NCBI GenBank assembly: GCA_965205505.1
Contig: CBDBHB010000009.1
Coordinates: 2,784,001-2,848,000 of the forward strand
Direction of reading: 5' to 3'
DNA: 64,000 bases
Source of the DNA: Acidobacteriota bacterium
GTDB taxonomy: Bacteria > Acidobacteriota > UBA890 > WLXD01
Both the position numbers and the translations under genes were made by a program. Below, piece after piece: positions 10,336-19,837 of the stretch. The notes below the pieces were generated by a model. That model was not told the DNA's origin, searched no databases, and was given only the letters and a program-made list of their open reading frames with translations. Within the stretch, counting starts at the first letter, position 1; each line of letters begins with the position of its first letter.

Positions 10336-12219
10336 CTATTCCACCACTGGCAAAATGACAACTGATGGATACTCCGGCGAATGGTGCACGATGTTACGTG
10401 CCGGTATGCCCTCGGTCTCGTCGTAGTTGTTGCCGCCGGTATTCATGTTGCGATCCCAGCGCGGGAAGTTGGAGCTGGACACCTCCAGCCTGATTCGGTG
10501 TCCTTTACCGAAGTAGTTGCTGGTGGCTTCAAGGTCCAGGTGGATTTCATACACCTCGCCTTCTTCCATCCACACCTTGCGCCTCAGATCCTCCCGGTAT
10601 CGCATGCGTATCACGCCTTCCTGCACGTTAAACGCCCGACCATCGGGATAGACGTCGACCAGCTTCGCAGTGAAATCGGTGTCTTTCGCATCGGAGGACA
10701 CATACAGGACGACCTCGAGGAATCCCGTGACTTCGATGCCCTCCTCTAGCGGTGGCGACGAATACACCAGCACGTCATTGCGCATTTCGATCGCCGACTG
10801 ATCGTAGCCGCCCGCGGCAGCCTCCAGACCGGTACAACACGCCTGCCCGCCGCGCCCGAGCACGGGGGTTGCGGGGTCGTAGACGAACTCGTCCGACGCA
10901 TCCCCTGTCGGCATCGACCGCGACAGGGTCCCGTCGCCGAAGCGACTGTTCGCGCGGCCTGCGCTGTCCAGGTACCACTCCTGGTAGGCGGTCCCCTCGA
11001 CCGGCCAGGCATCGGCTCCGCGCCACTCGTTGGCGCCCATCAGGTAGTACTGCACCCGCGGCATCTCGGTGATGCCGTTGTCGACGCCCTTGAGCCAGTA
11101 CTCGAACCACGTCAGGTAGAGGTCGACGAAGTCCATGCGCGCATCGCCGAGATCGGGCTCGCCGACCACCGTGTTCTCTGTTGCCGACGCCCAAGCGCAA
11201 TGCTCGCTCGGCGCCAGAATGACGAACTGATTGTCGCGCGCCCTCTGGCTCAGCGCGTTGGCCCGTATCTGATTGAACAGCTTCAATACGTTGCCCGGCC
11301 CGTAGTCGTACCAGGAGTCGATGTACAGGGCGGGCGTATCGAACGCATCGTCGGGTCGCACCAGGTCGTTCAGGCTGTCGAAGTAGTCCGACTCCGGGGT
11401 GCTCGGCGCGTAGTCCTCGTAATCCGTGTAGGGCATGCCGGCTTTGCGAACGATGTCGGCGACGGGCAGCGTTTCGTAGATCGCCATGATCTCCTGGCGG
11501 CTCAACCCGCCTCGCGGCGCCCTGAAACCCGTGCTAAATAACCCCGACTGCTCCGACTGGAACCACTCCTGCCGGTCCATCCACTCGGGCGGTCCGTGAA
11601 AGACCTTGCTGCCGGCGTCGAGAAACCAGCCCGCGGTCTCCGCTAGCTCCATCGCGCCCCCGTTGAACGAGGCGAACGGGCGCCCGCCGCTGTCGTACGA
11701 GGCGGTGCTGGCCTGCGGAATCATGGCGACGTGATTCGGGTGCTGTGCCGCGGCGAGCACAAGTTGCACGTCGCCCGAGTAGGAACAGCCGAACGTCCCG
11801 ACCTTTCCGGCGGACCACGGTTGATCGATCAGCCAATCGATCGTGTCGTAGCCGTCCTCCCTGTCCGCGTTCTTGGACTGATAACGGCCCTCCGACTCGT
11901 ACCGCCCGCGCGTGTCCTGGACGGCGACGACGTAGCCCTGCTGCACCAGCAAGGAAAGCATGCCCTCGGTGCGGTACCAGTTCTTGCCGTACGGTGTCCG
12001 GATCATGATGACCGGCACCTTGTCCTCGACTCCCGCCGGGAAATAGAGATCCGTCGACAGCCGTATGCCGTCGCGCATGGGTACGAAGACGCTGTTCTCC
12101 TTGCGGATCTCCGTCGTGATCTCCGGCCGGGGTGGAGACTGCGCCGAGGCAACCAGCGGGATGATGAGAATCACGCCGAGCAGTATTGCTGTAACGGACT
12201 TGTGCCCGTTCTTGTTCAT
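10336..12219 (-). CDS. CocE/NonD family serine hydrolase, signal peptide
   Basis: VPMRDGIRL, RTPY, QDTRG, GCSY, HRIRLEVSSSNFP. Real start placed at MNKNGHK. Confidence 0.9.
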   Translation of the reverse strand: MNKNGHKSVTAILLGVILIIPLVASAQSPPRPEITTEIRKENSVFVPMRDGIRLSTDLYFPAGVEDKVPVIMIRTPYGKNWYRTEGMLSLLVQQGYVVAVQDTRGRYESEGRYQSKNADREDGYDTIDWLIDQPWSAGKVGTFGCSYSGDVQLVLAAAQHPNHVAMIPQASTASYDSGGRPFASFNGGAMELAETAGWFLDAGSKVFHGPPEWMDRQEWFQSEQSGLFSTGFRAPRGGLSRQEIMAIYETLPVADIVRKAGMPYTDYEDYAPSTPESDYFDSLNDLVRPDDAFDTPALYIDSWYDYGPGNVLKLFNQIRANALSQRARDNQFVILAPSEHCAWASATENTVVGEPDLGDARMDFVDLYLTWFEYWLKGVDNGITEMPRVQYYLMGANEWRGADAWPVEGTAYQEWYLDSAGRANSRFGDGTLSRSMPTGDASDEFVYDPATPVLGRGGQACCTGLEAAAGGYDQSAIEMRNDVLVYSSPPLEEGIEVTGFLEVVLYVSSDAKDTDFTAKLVDVYPDGRAFNVQEGVIRMRYREDLRRKVWMEEGEVYEIHLDLEATSNYFGKGHRIRLEVSSSNFPRWDRNMNTGGNNYDETEGIPARNIVHHSPEYPSVVILPVVE

Positions 12220-12319
12220 CGTCCGGCCCCGGGGCATGAATCGCTGCGCCACCGCGGAGTGTACAGGTCTCCAGCAGGGAAGCGGCGGTCGCGGCGGACA
12301 GCGCGGCTCGACCGACTCC

Positions 12320-12650
12320 CTACTGTTGCGCCCGCATTGCCACAGCCTCGTCGTACAGGGCACACGCCTGCGCGCGCAAGCCGGCGCCGGCCCGCACCTG
12401 GTCGCCGAGCTCGATGTAGGCATCGGACTCCGGGTCCCATTCCGGCCACGTCTTCGAACCGTCACCGTCGGGTCACCGGTGGCGGCAAAACGTGTCCAGT
12501 ACCCGCCAACCGCCACCGCCAGCGCGGCGTCGGTCGTGTCCCATGGCATCCAGCCTGTCAGGAGTGTTGAACACGTGCGGGATCTCGGCGCCGTGGACGT
12601 CGCCCAGAGCTCCGCCGGGCTGCACGCGCCTGAAGTAATACAGCCAGGCC
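12320..12650 (-). pseudogene. type-B carboxylesterase C-terminal fragment, frameshifted
   Basis: WLYYF..HGAEIPHVF, YWTRFAATGDP and WPEWD..YIELG pieces in shifting frames. Confidence 0.75.
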
Positions 12651-12651
12651 T

Positions 12652-12710
12652 TCCGTCGGCACGAGCCGCTTCAGCTCGTCGAACCAGTTGAGGACGACGT
12701 TTACCGGTTC
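12652..12710 (-). pseudogene. kinase-propeller C-terminus remnant
   Basis: VNVVLNWFDELKRLVPT. Confidence 0.85.
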
Positions 12711-12837
12711 CTTCCTGAGCCGCACGATTGCCCTGCAGGAGTGGTTCCACGAGCAGAATGCCGGCTGCCAATGCAGCTGGTAGACGAGCCCTGCTCGACG
12801 CGCAGCCACGTCCTCACGCGTCGGTGCGGCGGGTGAT

Positions 12838-13419
12838 CTAGCGCAGCCAGCCTGGCGGGATGGCGCGGCGGCGAGCCTCACGACGCAGTCGCCGCTCCTC
12901 GTCGTCGAGCTCCTCGAGCCGGTCCTCGACACGCTGGATGCGCTCGTTGATGCCGGTGAGGTTGTAGTGCCCGAACGTCATCGCGCGGCGCATGCGCCGC
13001 AGCCCTCCGTCCAGTGGTCCGTCCAGTAGATCGCGCAACTCGGCGCGTTCGTCGCGGATCGCCATCCGCTTCCCGAACCAGTACTCGCGAGTCTTCTCGG
13101 CCAACGGCGTTTCGGCCACTGTTTCCGTATCCGCGGCCACGTCCTCGCCGGCAGAAGCCACCGGACGAACGGGCATCGGCGGCGACGGCACCGGGCCGAT
13201 CTCGTCGTTGTCCTCGACGCGGTCAACCAACTCCATGGACAGCGCAGCGGTGGCGCCGAACTGAGTGAAGATCACGCGACCGCCCTCGACGCGGGCCTCG
13301 TCCGTATGAATCATGCGGCCGGACTTCAGGTAGATCGTATCGGCCGTGGCCGGTGCGGCGAACAACAACGCCAGCGCGGCCATGGTCGATGCCAATCGAC
13401 AATGCTTGCCATTCAACAT
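12838..13419 (-). CDS. exported coiled-coil hypothetical protein
   Basis: Signal peptide ending ATA-DTIYLKSGR; C-terminal EARRRAIPPGWLR; GGGAGG SD. Confidence 0.75.
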   Translation of the reverse strand: MLNGKHCRLASTMAALALLFAAPATADTIYLKSGRMIHTDEARVEGGRVIFTQFGATAALSMELVDRVEDNDEIGPVPSPPMPVRPVASAGEDVAADTETVAETPLAEKTREYWFGKRMAIRDERAELRDLLDGPLDGGLRRMRRAMTFGHYNLTGINERIQRVEDRLEELDDEERRLRREARRRAIPPGWLR

Positions 13420-13497
13420 CAGGGCCTCCCGCGGTGACGCGGCGGTTCGGCCACCCCACCTCCGATTCAATCGGTTACACCCCGGCGCCGCAAGGGC

Positions 13498-13895
13498 GTC
13501 CAGCGTCGTATCGCGGGCTCGGTACATCTGCCCCATCCCGCCTTCACCGAGTGGGGCGAGGATTTCGTAGTGGCCGAGCGTCTTGCCGACCATCAGGAGC
13601 CTCCGGTCGGCACTAGCCGGTTCAATTCCTCGAAGCAGTTGAGGACCACGTTGAGTCGTGTTCCGGGTGCCGTGCCTGTCCGCTTCCACGAGATGCCGCG
13701 AGCCGTTTCCACGGCGACACGGAGAACATCTTCGTCACCAAGGAGGGCCACGCCAAGGTGCTGGACTTCGGTCTGGCGAGCTGCTCGGTGATCTCGTAGG
13801 GGCCTAGTTTGGTGCCGGGTTCCATCGCGCTCCCGAGGCACGGGTAGTGAGCGCCTGAAGCCTATCGCTGGAGCGTGAGAGGGTCCACGGGAGAG
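13498..13895 (-). pseudogene. cluster of four kinase remnants
   Basis: Upstream region + MEPGTKLGPYEITEQL (13777-13895). Inverted + strand ENIFVTKEGHAKVLDFGLA (13722-13778). C-terminus RLNVVLNCFEELNRLVPTGGS* (13593-13660), whose TGA overlaps the ATG of MVGKTLGHYEILAPLGEGGMGQMYRARDTTLD (13498-13593). Confidence 0.9.
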
Positions 13896-13998
13896 GGCGG
13901 AAGGGGCTAAAGAGCGTCACACTTTGCAAAGCAAAGTAAATGATGAACAATGGTGGGAGACGGACGAATGAACTGCCTCGGCGGCGGATCGTCTGGAC

Positions 13999-14021
13999 GT
14001 GCTACCCAAAGTGCTACCCAA
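13999..14021 (+). repeat. tandem 11-bp direct repeat GTGCTACCCAA (possible integrase arm-type sites)
   Basis: GTGCTACCCAA-A-GTGCTACCCAA about 70 bp upstream of the tRNA. Confidence 0.5.
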
Positions 14022-14037
14022 GCTACTGAGGCGGACG

Positions 14038-14066
14038 TTGTCGAACTTCTTAAACGCTCGTAAAAT
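14038..14066 (+). promoter_or_regulatory. sigma70-type promoter of tRNA-Leu
   Basis: TTGTCG-N17-TAAAAT. Confidence 0.55.
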
Positions 14067-14093
14067 GTTGATATTAAATGAGTAACAGAACAT

Positions 14094-14176
14094 GCCGGGG
14101 TGGCGGAATTGGCAGACGCGGCGGACTTAAAATCCGCTGGCCTTAGGTCATCTGGGTTCGAGTCCCAGCCCCGGCA
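14094..14176 (+). tRNA. tRNA-Leu(TAA), no encoded CCA
   Basis: GCCGGGG/CCCCGGC acceptor stem, GCGGA-CTTAAAA-TCCGC anticodon arm, long variable arm, GGTTCGAGTCC T-loop. Confidence 0.96.
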
Positions 14177-14194
14177 CTTGTTTAGAATCAGGTA

Positions 14195-14285
14195 CTTAGA
14201 CAGCAGCAGTGGCAAGTGGCACCAGACCTGGATCGACGTGAACGGGGTGCCGTCCTACCTAAACGGCGGCTTCGAAGGCGGGCTC
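14195..14285 (+). pseudogene. internal gene fragment (DUF1579-like beta-barrel)
   Basis: DSSSGKWHQTWIDVNG..LNGGFEGG with no start codon. Confidence 0.45.
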
Positions 14286-14293
14286 GCCGGCTG

Positions 14294-16968
14294 CTATGAA
14301 GGCGTACCACCGCGTAACGACAATGCCGGGTCATGACGGGTGGCGCGCCTCGCCGGCAGCGCTGCTGCTGCCGTTCCCATCACGACCACCACGATCGCCG
14401 CCGGCACGTACATCCGCAGGTCGAGTCGCTCGACGCCGAAGAGGCCGGCGTTGACGAGCGTGGCGAATCCGAGGGCCAGCGGCACGCCGAGACCGATACC
14501 GAGCGCGGCGAGGCGGAGTCCGGAGCCGAGGATCATGCGGTTGACCTGCTCGGCGCGGGCGCCGACGGCCATACGGATGCTTATCTCGCGGTAGCGGCTG
14601 TGGGTCTCGAGCATCAGGACGCCGTAAATGCCGATGGCTGAGAGCAGCACCGCGGCGCCGGCGATCACGCCGGCGAGCAGTAGAGCGAACCGTTGCGGGC
14701 CCACGGCGCGGTCGTAGTCGTCGCTGAAGGAGTGCAGTCCGGCGACCGCCAGATCTGCATTGACGCCGGCGACAGCATCGCGGATCGAATCGGTCAAGCT
14801 TGCCACCTGCCGGCCGCGCACCATGTAGCCGATTTCCCATCGCGGTGCCTGGGCCCAGGGCAAGTAGACCTGGCCGGTGGACGGCTCATCGATCGATCGA
14901 TCTCGCAGCGGCTCGGTGACCCCGACGATGCGTGCCGGGACGTTCTCGAAGTGATCGTCGCGCCAATGACTGACGATCACCCGACGTCCGAGGGCCTCGT
15001 CGTGGCCGAACAGGCGCTCGGCGAGCACGGTGTCGAGCACCGCGCGACCCGCTCACCTTCGGCGTCGGCGGCTGCGTCGAACTCGCGTCCCGAGATCAGC
15101 CGGGTGCCGAGCGTGTTGAAGTAGCCGGGCGTCACCATACGATGATCGACGATGCCCTGCTGGCTCGGATCGTCGGGACTTTCGACCAGCACCACACGGT
15201 TGGCCCAGTTGACCCAGCTGCCGAGCGGCATGTGTGATCCGGCGCCCACCGACTCCACGCCGGGAAGATCGAGAATCTCCTGCCGCACCTCGCGGACCAC
15301 GCGATCGCGCGTGGCTCCCTCGGCGAAGCCCTCCGATGACAGGCTGATCTTGAACGTCAGACGTTCCGGTACCTGGAAGCCGGGCTCCACCTGTTGCAGG
15401 TTGGCCACGGTGGCCGCCATTAGCGAGGTCCCTACCAGCAGAGCGAAGGTGGCGGCGATCTGTGCCACGCTTGCCACCCTCCGCATGCGGATGCCGAGCC
15501 TACCGGAACCCTCGCCGGGGCGGCCGAGCAGGAACCGCGACAGGTCCGAGCGCGACAGCAGCAGCACCGGCCCGACCGACAGGAACAGCACCGAGACGAT
15601 CGCGGCGCCGATGGCGAACAGCGCCACGCGGCCATCGGCGCTGACGTCGGCAAGGTGCTCGAGCGACGCCGGCCGTACCGTCCAAAGCAGCGATAGGCCG
15701 GCGGCGCCGAGTGCCATGCCTAGGGCGGAAGCGGCGGCTGCCAATAGCATTCCTTCGCCGATCAGCTGGCGGGCCAGCTGGCGTCGCTCGGCACCGAGGC
15801 ACGAGCGCACGGCGAACGCCGGTAGTCGGGCCACTGCATTGGTCACCATCAGGCTCGTGACGTTCGTCAACGTGAGGAACAGCAACAGCAGGGCTCCCGC
15901 CTGCACGCCGATGAGCGCCACGCGCAGGTGGCTCGTCCACTCGGTGTTCAGTTGGCGAACGTCGAACCAGACATCGGAGTCGGCCAGGTCGGGGCGCAGC
16001 TCGCGAAGATCACGGGCCGGCTTCTCAAGCGCAGCTTGCGCCGCGGCCGTGCTCAGCCCCGGCCTCAAGCGACCGACGACACGGAGGTAGTACTGGTCGG
16101 GATTGAGGTATTGCAAGGGAGGGTAGGGGACGAACGCGTCGAGATGCGTGGGGACGCCGTTGCCCGGCGGAAAGCGGAATTGGAATCGTTCTGGCATCAC
16201 CCCGACGATCTGGTGCGGCGTCCCGTTCATCCGCAGCGTCATGCCGAGCACGTTCGGATCGCCGCCGAAGTAGCGCTGCCAGAACGCGTGGCTCAGGAGT
16301 ACGGAGCCTTGCGCATCGGGGGCGGTCGGGTCGGCGGCGTCGTCGTCACGCAGCAGGCGGCCCATCGCCGGTGGCACCCCGAGGGTCGAAAAAAGCGATG
16401 CGGTCGATTGGCCGACCGATACCTGCTCGGGATACTCCCCCCCGGTGATTGTCGAGCTGCTCGCCCATAGTCCGCCGATGCTCTCGAACACGTCGCCGGC
16501 CTCGCCCAGCTTGTCGAGCTGGGCCGGTGACAGTGGAGCCTGTGAAAAGCCGGCGGCGCGCCAGTCGCCCCATACCACCACCAGGCGCTCTGGCTCGGCG
16601 TACTGGAGCGGTCGTAGCAGGACGGCGTTGGCGACGCTGAAGACGGCTGTGTTGACGCCCAGGCCGATCGCCAACACGAGCCCGCACATCGCGGTGAATC
16701 GTGGTTGCCGCACGAGCCCCTGCAGGGCCTGGGCTAGCTCCCAGGCCAGCCGCGCCCGCAAGGCTACTCTGTCTCGCTGCCGCGCCCGGTACGCCTCGGG
16801 GAGCGCCAGGAGGCTGTCGATTACCAGACGTGACGCTACGCGCAGCCGCGCCAGGCCCTGCTCCCGGCCGACCATTTCCGTCGCGGTGTGGAGCCACGGC
16901 TCCCCCAGCTCCTGGCGAAATCTACGGGGGTGAAGCCGCAGCAGACCGAGCAGGATCCATCGCATCAC
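14294..16968 (-). CDS. ADOP-type duplicated ABC permease (MacB/FtsX), frameshift near 15041
   Basis: LAIGLGVNTAVFSV..VLLRPL, IVGVMP, AIGIYGVL..R.REISIRMAVGA, PARRATRHDP. Split into two ORFs. Confidence 0.88.
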
Positions 16969-17306
16969 GACCCCGACCTCTCCAGGAGCTTCTTGGCGTG
17001 GGCTGCCCCCACGAGGCGCTCGAAGCTCTGTGCCTCCAGAGTTACCTGTCGCAGCCCCGCCCCGGTGAGGCGGTAGTAGCGGCGTCTGGGATCGGCTCCC
17101 GCTCCCGCGTCCGACTCCTCGATCAAGCCTTCGCTCAGGACGCGTTTGATGGCGTTGTAGAGACTGCCCGGCCCCAGTCGTACCTCGCCGTCAGTAACTG
17201 TTTCGATCTCATCGATGATCTCGAGCCCGTAGCGCTCCGCGTCGACCAAGGCTAGGAGCACGTAGAAAGAGGTACTGGAGAGTGGTTTCGTAGAACGCGC
17301 TGGCAT
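16965..17306 (-). CDS. PadR family transcriptional regulator
   Basis: YGLEI..LGPGSLY..RRRYYRLT; overlaps the permease start (ATGA). Confidence 0.93.
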   Translation of the reverse strand: MPARSTKPLSSTSFYVLLALVDAERYGLEIIDEIETVTDGEVRLGPGSLYNAIKRVLSEGLIEESDAGAGADPRRRYYRLTGAGLRQVTLEAQSFERLVGAAHAKKLLERSGS

Positions 17307-17355
17307 TCGAGAGAGCCGCTCCTTGTTTCCGGTGACGAGAAGGATGGAGAATCTA

Positions 17356-17381
17356 ATTCATTTCGATATATCGGAGTGAAT
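17356..17381. promoter_or_regulatory. 26-bp imperfect palindrome, candidate PadR operator
   Basis: ATTCATTTCGATA|TATCGGAGTGAAT (11 of 13 paired) upstream of padR. Confidence 0.6.
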
Positions 17382-17529
17382 GATATCACGGACCCAGGCT
17401 GGTAGGCTCTGATGATTCGCCTGGTTCGGGCTGCACACAGGACGCCGCAACCATGCAGTGCTAGTCTCCTCCATCCTCGTGGTGATTCGGCTGGACGTCT
17501 TGATCACGGTGAACCTGAGGTAGGCCACC

Positions 17530-18498
17530 ATGGAATGCTCCCCAACAAGATCGCTGCGCGCTGCGACCCTGGTGCTACTTCTTGCATCGCTGCTGCACGC
17601 GGCGTGTGTCGGCAGTCCGGCCGGCGAGAGCGGAGATCGCGCCCCTCAGGCTCCGCCAGCCCGCGTTCACCAGCTGGCGGCAACCCCGGCAACGGTGGCG
17701 TGGGGCTACTACTGGGCCGAGGCCGAGCCAGTGCTACGGATCGAGCCGGGAGACATCGTCGAGGTCGAGACCCTGCTGACCTCGAGCCCGACGAGGCTCG
17801 AGGGGGCGGAGCCGGGCGACACCCTGGAGGTACGGGTGCTCTCCATCGACCTGGCGATCCCATACGCTTACAACGGCTGCAGCGGCTTCATACGGGAGAA
17901 TTGCGACGAGCAGCGGATGCGTATCATCCGGTTCGATGAGAAGCGCATGGTGGCGCCGTTTAGCGCTGGCATCGAGATCCCGTTACGACCCTTCTTCGGC
18001 AGCATGGGGGTGGCGCCGCCACCCGCTGCGGGTCGGATCAGCAGCAACCCGCCGTGGATCCACGCCGGCAACCTCGATAACAAGGAGTTGGTGGCCGGTA
18101 CGACCCTGTTCATCCCGGTGCACGTTCCGGGGGCGCTGTTCGAGGTGGGCGACGGGCACGCCGCCCAAGGTGACGGCGAGGTCGATCAGACGGCGATCGA
18201 GACCTCGCTCGACGGCAGCCTGCAGTTCTTTCTGCACAAGGGTGCGCGACTCGCCTGGCCGCGGGCCGAGACGCCGACTCACTTCATCACCATGGGCATG
18301 GACGAGAACCTCACCGAGGCGACCCGCATCGCCGTTCAGGAAATGGTCGACTTCCTGATGCAGACCCGGAGCCTCGAGCGCGGGGCCGCGTACGCCTTGG
18401 CGAGCATCGCCGCCGACCTGCACATTACCCAGCTCGTCGACGGCAATGTGGATGTTCACATGATGATCGCCAAGGAGATTTTCCCGGAGGCTCGCTAG
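17530..18498 (+). CDS. acetamidase/formamidase family lipoprotein, probable internal in-frame deletion
   Basis: EGAEPGDTLEV, PFFG, GNLDN, GDGHAAQGDGEV. Confidence 0.85.
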   Translation: MECSPTRSLRAATLVLLLASLLHAACVGSPAGESGDRAPQAPPARVHQLAATPATVAWGYYWAEAEPVLRIEPGDIVEVETLLTSSPTRLEGAEPGDTLEVRVLSIDLAIPYAYNGCSGFIRENCDEQRMRIIRFDEKRMVAPFSAGIEIPLRPFFGSMGVAPPPAAGRISSNPPWIHAGNLDNKELVAGTTLFIPVHVPGALFEVGDGHAAQGDGEVDQTAIETSLDGSLQFFLHKGARLAWPRAETPTHFITMGMDENLTEATRIAVQEMVDFLMQTRSLERGAAYALASIAADLHITQLVDGNVDVHMMIAKEIFPEAR

Positions 18499-18523
18499 CC
18501 TGTTAGGGCTCGCCCATCCACAA

Positions 18524-19768
18524 GTGTGCATGGAGCCAGATTCTCGAAGCGGAGGAACCGTGACCTGCCGGCATCCCAACGTGCTCGACGCAGATCCGCG
18601 GCCACTGTTCTTTTCAGTTGGGAACGCCGAAGCCCTCGGCTTGTCGCCGCCGGCCGCTCGCCATGGTGCGTCGGTGCGTACCTGGGTTCGAACGCTCTCC
18701 GGGATGCAGAAGGAGGCGATCACGATCAACGGCGCCGACGATGCCGCCTGGCGGTTCGTCAGCGACGAGGGGCCGTACCTTGCGGGGCACGATGTCGGCC
18801 CGTGCCCGCTTTCGTTCTTTACCACGGGGATGGTGGCTGCGTACACGAACGAGATCCTCGCCGCAGCACGGCAGCACGACGTTGAAATCCGAGATCTGCG
18901 GCTTGTCCTCGACAACTACTACTCGATGCAGGGCAGCGTGCTCCGCGGCACGATGACCGGCGGAGCGTTGGCGCCGGAGCTGCGTGTGGAGATCGACGCA
19001 GACGCGTCGGAGTCGGTCTTGCAGCGTCTCGTTGCGAAGGCGGTGCGAGCCGCGCCGGTTATCGGGCTGCTTCGCGGAGTGCACGAGAGCCTGTTCACGC
19101 TGAGTCACAACGGTGTCGAGATCGTGCCGGCGAGGGTGAAACAACTCCGAGGCGCGCCCCAGCCGGATCCGGCGGATGGTTTCTCTGAAGTCCGTATTGC
19201 GGGGGAGCCCGCCGGTGACCTGATCCGAAAGCTTGCCGAGGCCGAGAGGGTCGAGAACGAGCCCGGCGGGATCAACACCAGCCTCACCGAAAGTCAGGAC
19301 CGCCGGCTTCACTGCCGCGGCGTGTGCACTGTTCGTGACGATGGTGTGCGGCAGATCGACCAGACGCTGTTCAAACCGATCGGCTCGAGCTTCCGCTTTC
19401 TTTCTGAGGAGGATACGGTGTCCGGTTGCGGCCGCCGGGCCCCGGACGCCGCAAGCTACATCTCCGCCGGTATTGCCTTCTGCTTCATGACGCAGTTCGG
19501 CAGGTACGCAGACATCGTCAAGCATGAGCTCGGCGCCTGTCGGGTGGTGCAAGACACCTACTTCTCGCTAGCGGGAGCGAGCGGTGGGCCGGACTTCGCA
19601 GGAGTGGCAGATGCGGTCGAGACGCACGTCTGCCTGGAGACATCTGACGACGACGCGTTTGCCCGTACCGCGCTGGCCATGAGCGAGCAGACTTGTTTCC
19701 TACATGCGCTGTGCCGCACAGATCTCGACACGAGCGTCGACGTTCGGAGTGTGGCTAGTGGCCCGTAA
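18524..19768 (+). CDS. tandem OsmC-like domain protein
   Basis: SDEGPYLAGHDVGPCPL, AGIAFCFMTQ, EQTCFLH. Confidence 0.75.
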   Translation: MCMEPDSRSGGTVTCRHPNVLDADPRPLFFSVGNAEALGLSPPAARHGASVRTWVRTLSGMQKEAITINGADDAAWRFVSDEGPYLAGHDVGPCPLSFFTTGMVAAYTNEILAAARQHDVEIRDLRLVLDNYYSMQGSVLRGTMTGGALAPELRVEIDADASESVLQRLVAKAVRAAPVIGLLRGVHESLFTLSHNGVEIVPARVKQLRGAPQPDPADGFSEVRIAGEPAGDLIRKLAEAERVENEPGGINTSLTESQDRRLHCRGVCTVRDDGVRQIDQTLFKPIGSSFRFLSEEDTVSGCGRRAPDAASYISAGIAFCFMTQFGRYADIVKHELGACRVVQDTYFSLAGASGGPDFAGVADAVETHVCLETSDDDAFARTALAMSEQTCFLHALCRTDLDTSVDVRSVASGP

Positions 19769-19837
19769 CGACCGAAGGGTTAGTGCAGCGGATTCCTTGT
19801 AGAACCGGCCCCGCTAGGCGGGCCACAGGAGACACAT

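Noticed and set aside
10336-12771. 811-aa fusion ORF
   Set aside because: The N-terminal 183 aa are chance read-through of kinase and esterase remnants; the signal peptide starts at 12219.
12838-13689. 283-aa kinase-fusion ORF
   Set aside because: The kinase piece is only about 32 aa, and the downstream gene has its own SD and signal peptide at 13419.
1-14000. Classical integron cassette array
   Set aside because: No intI, no consistent RYYYAAC..GTTRRRY attC pairs after genes, and cargo lies on both strands.
17505-17555. Possible degenerate kinase fragment (ILL..EHSMVA) before the acetamidase
   Set aside because: Requires a frameshift and lacks DFG; too weak.
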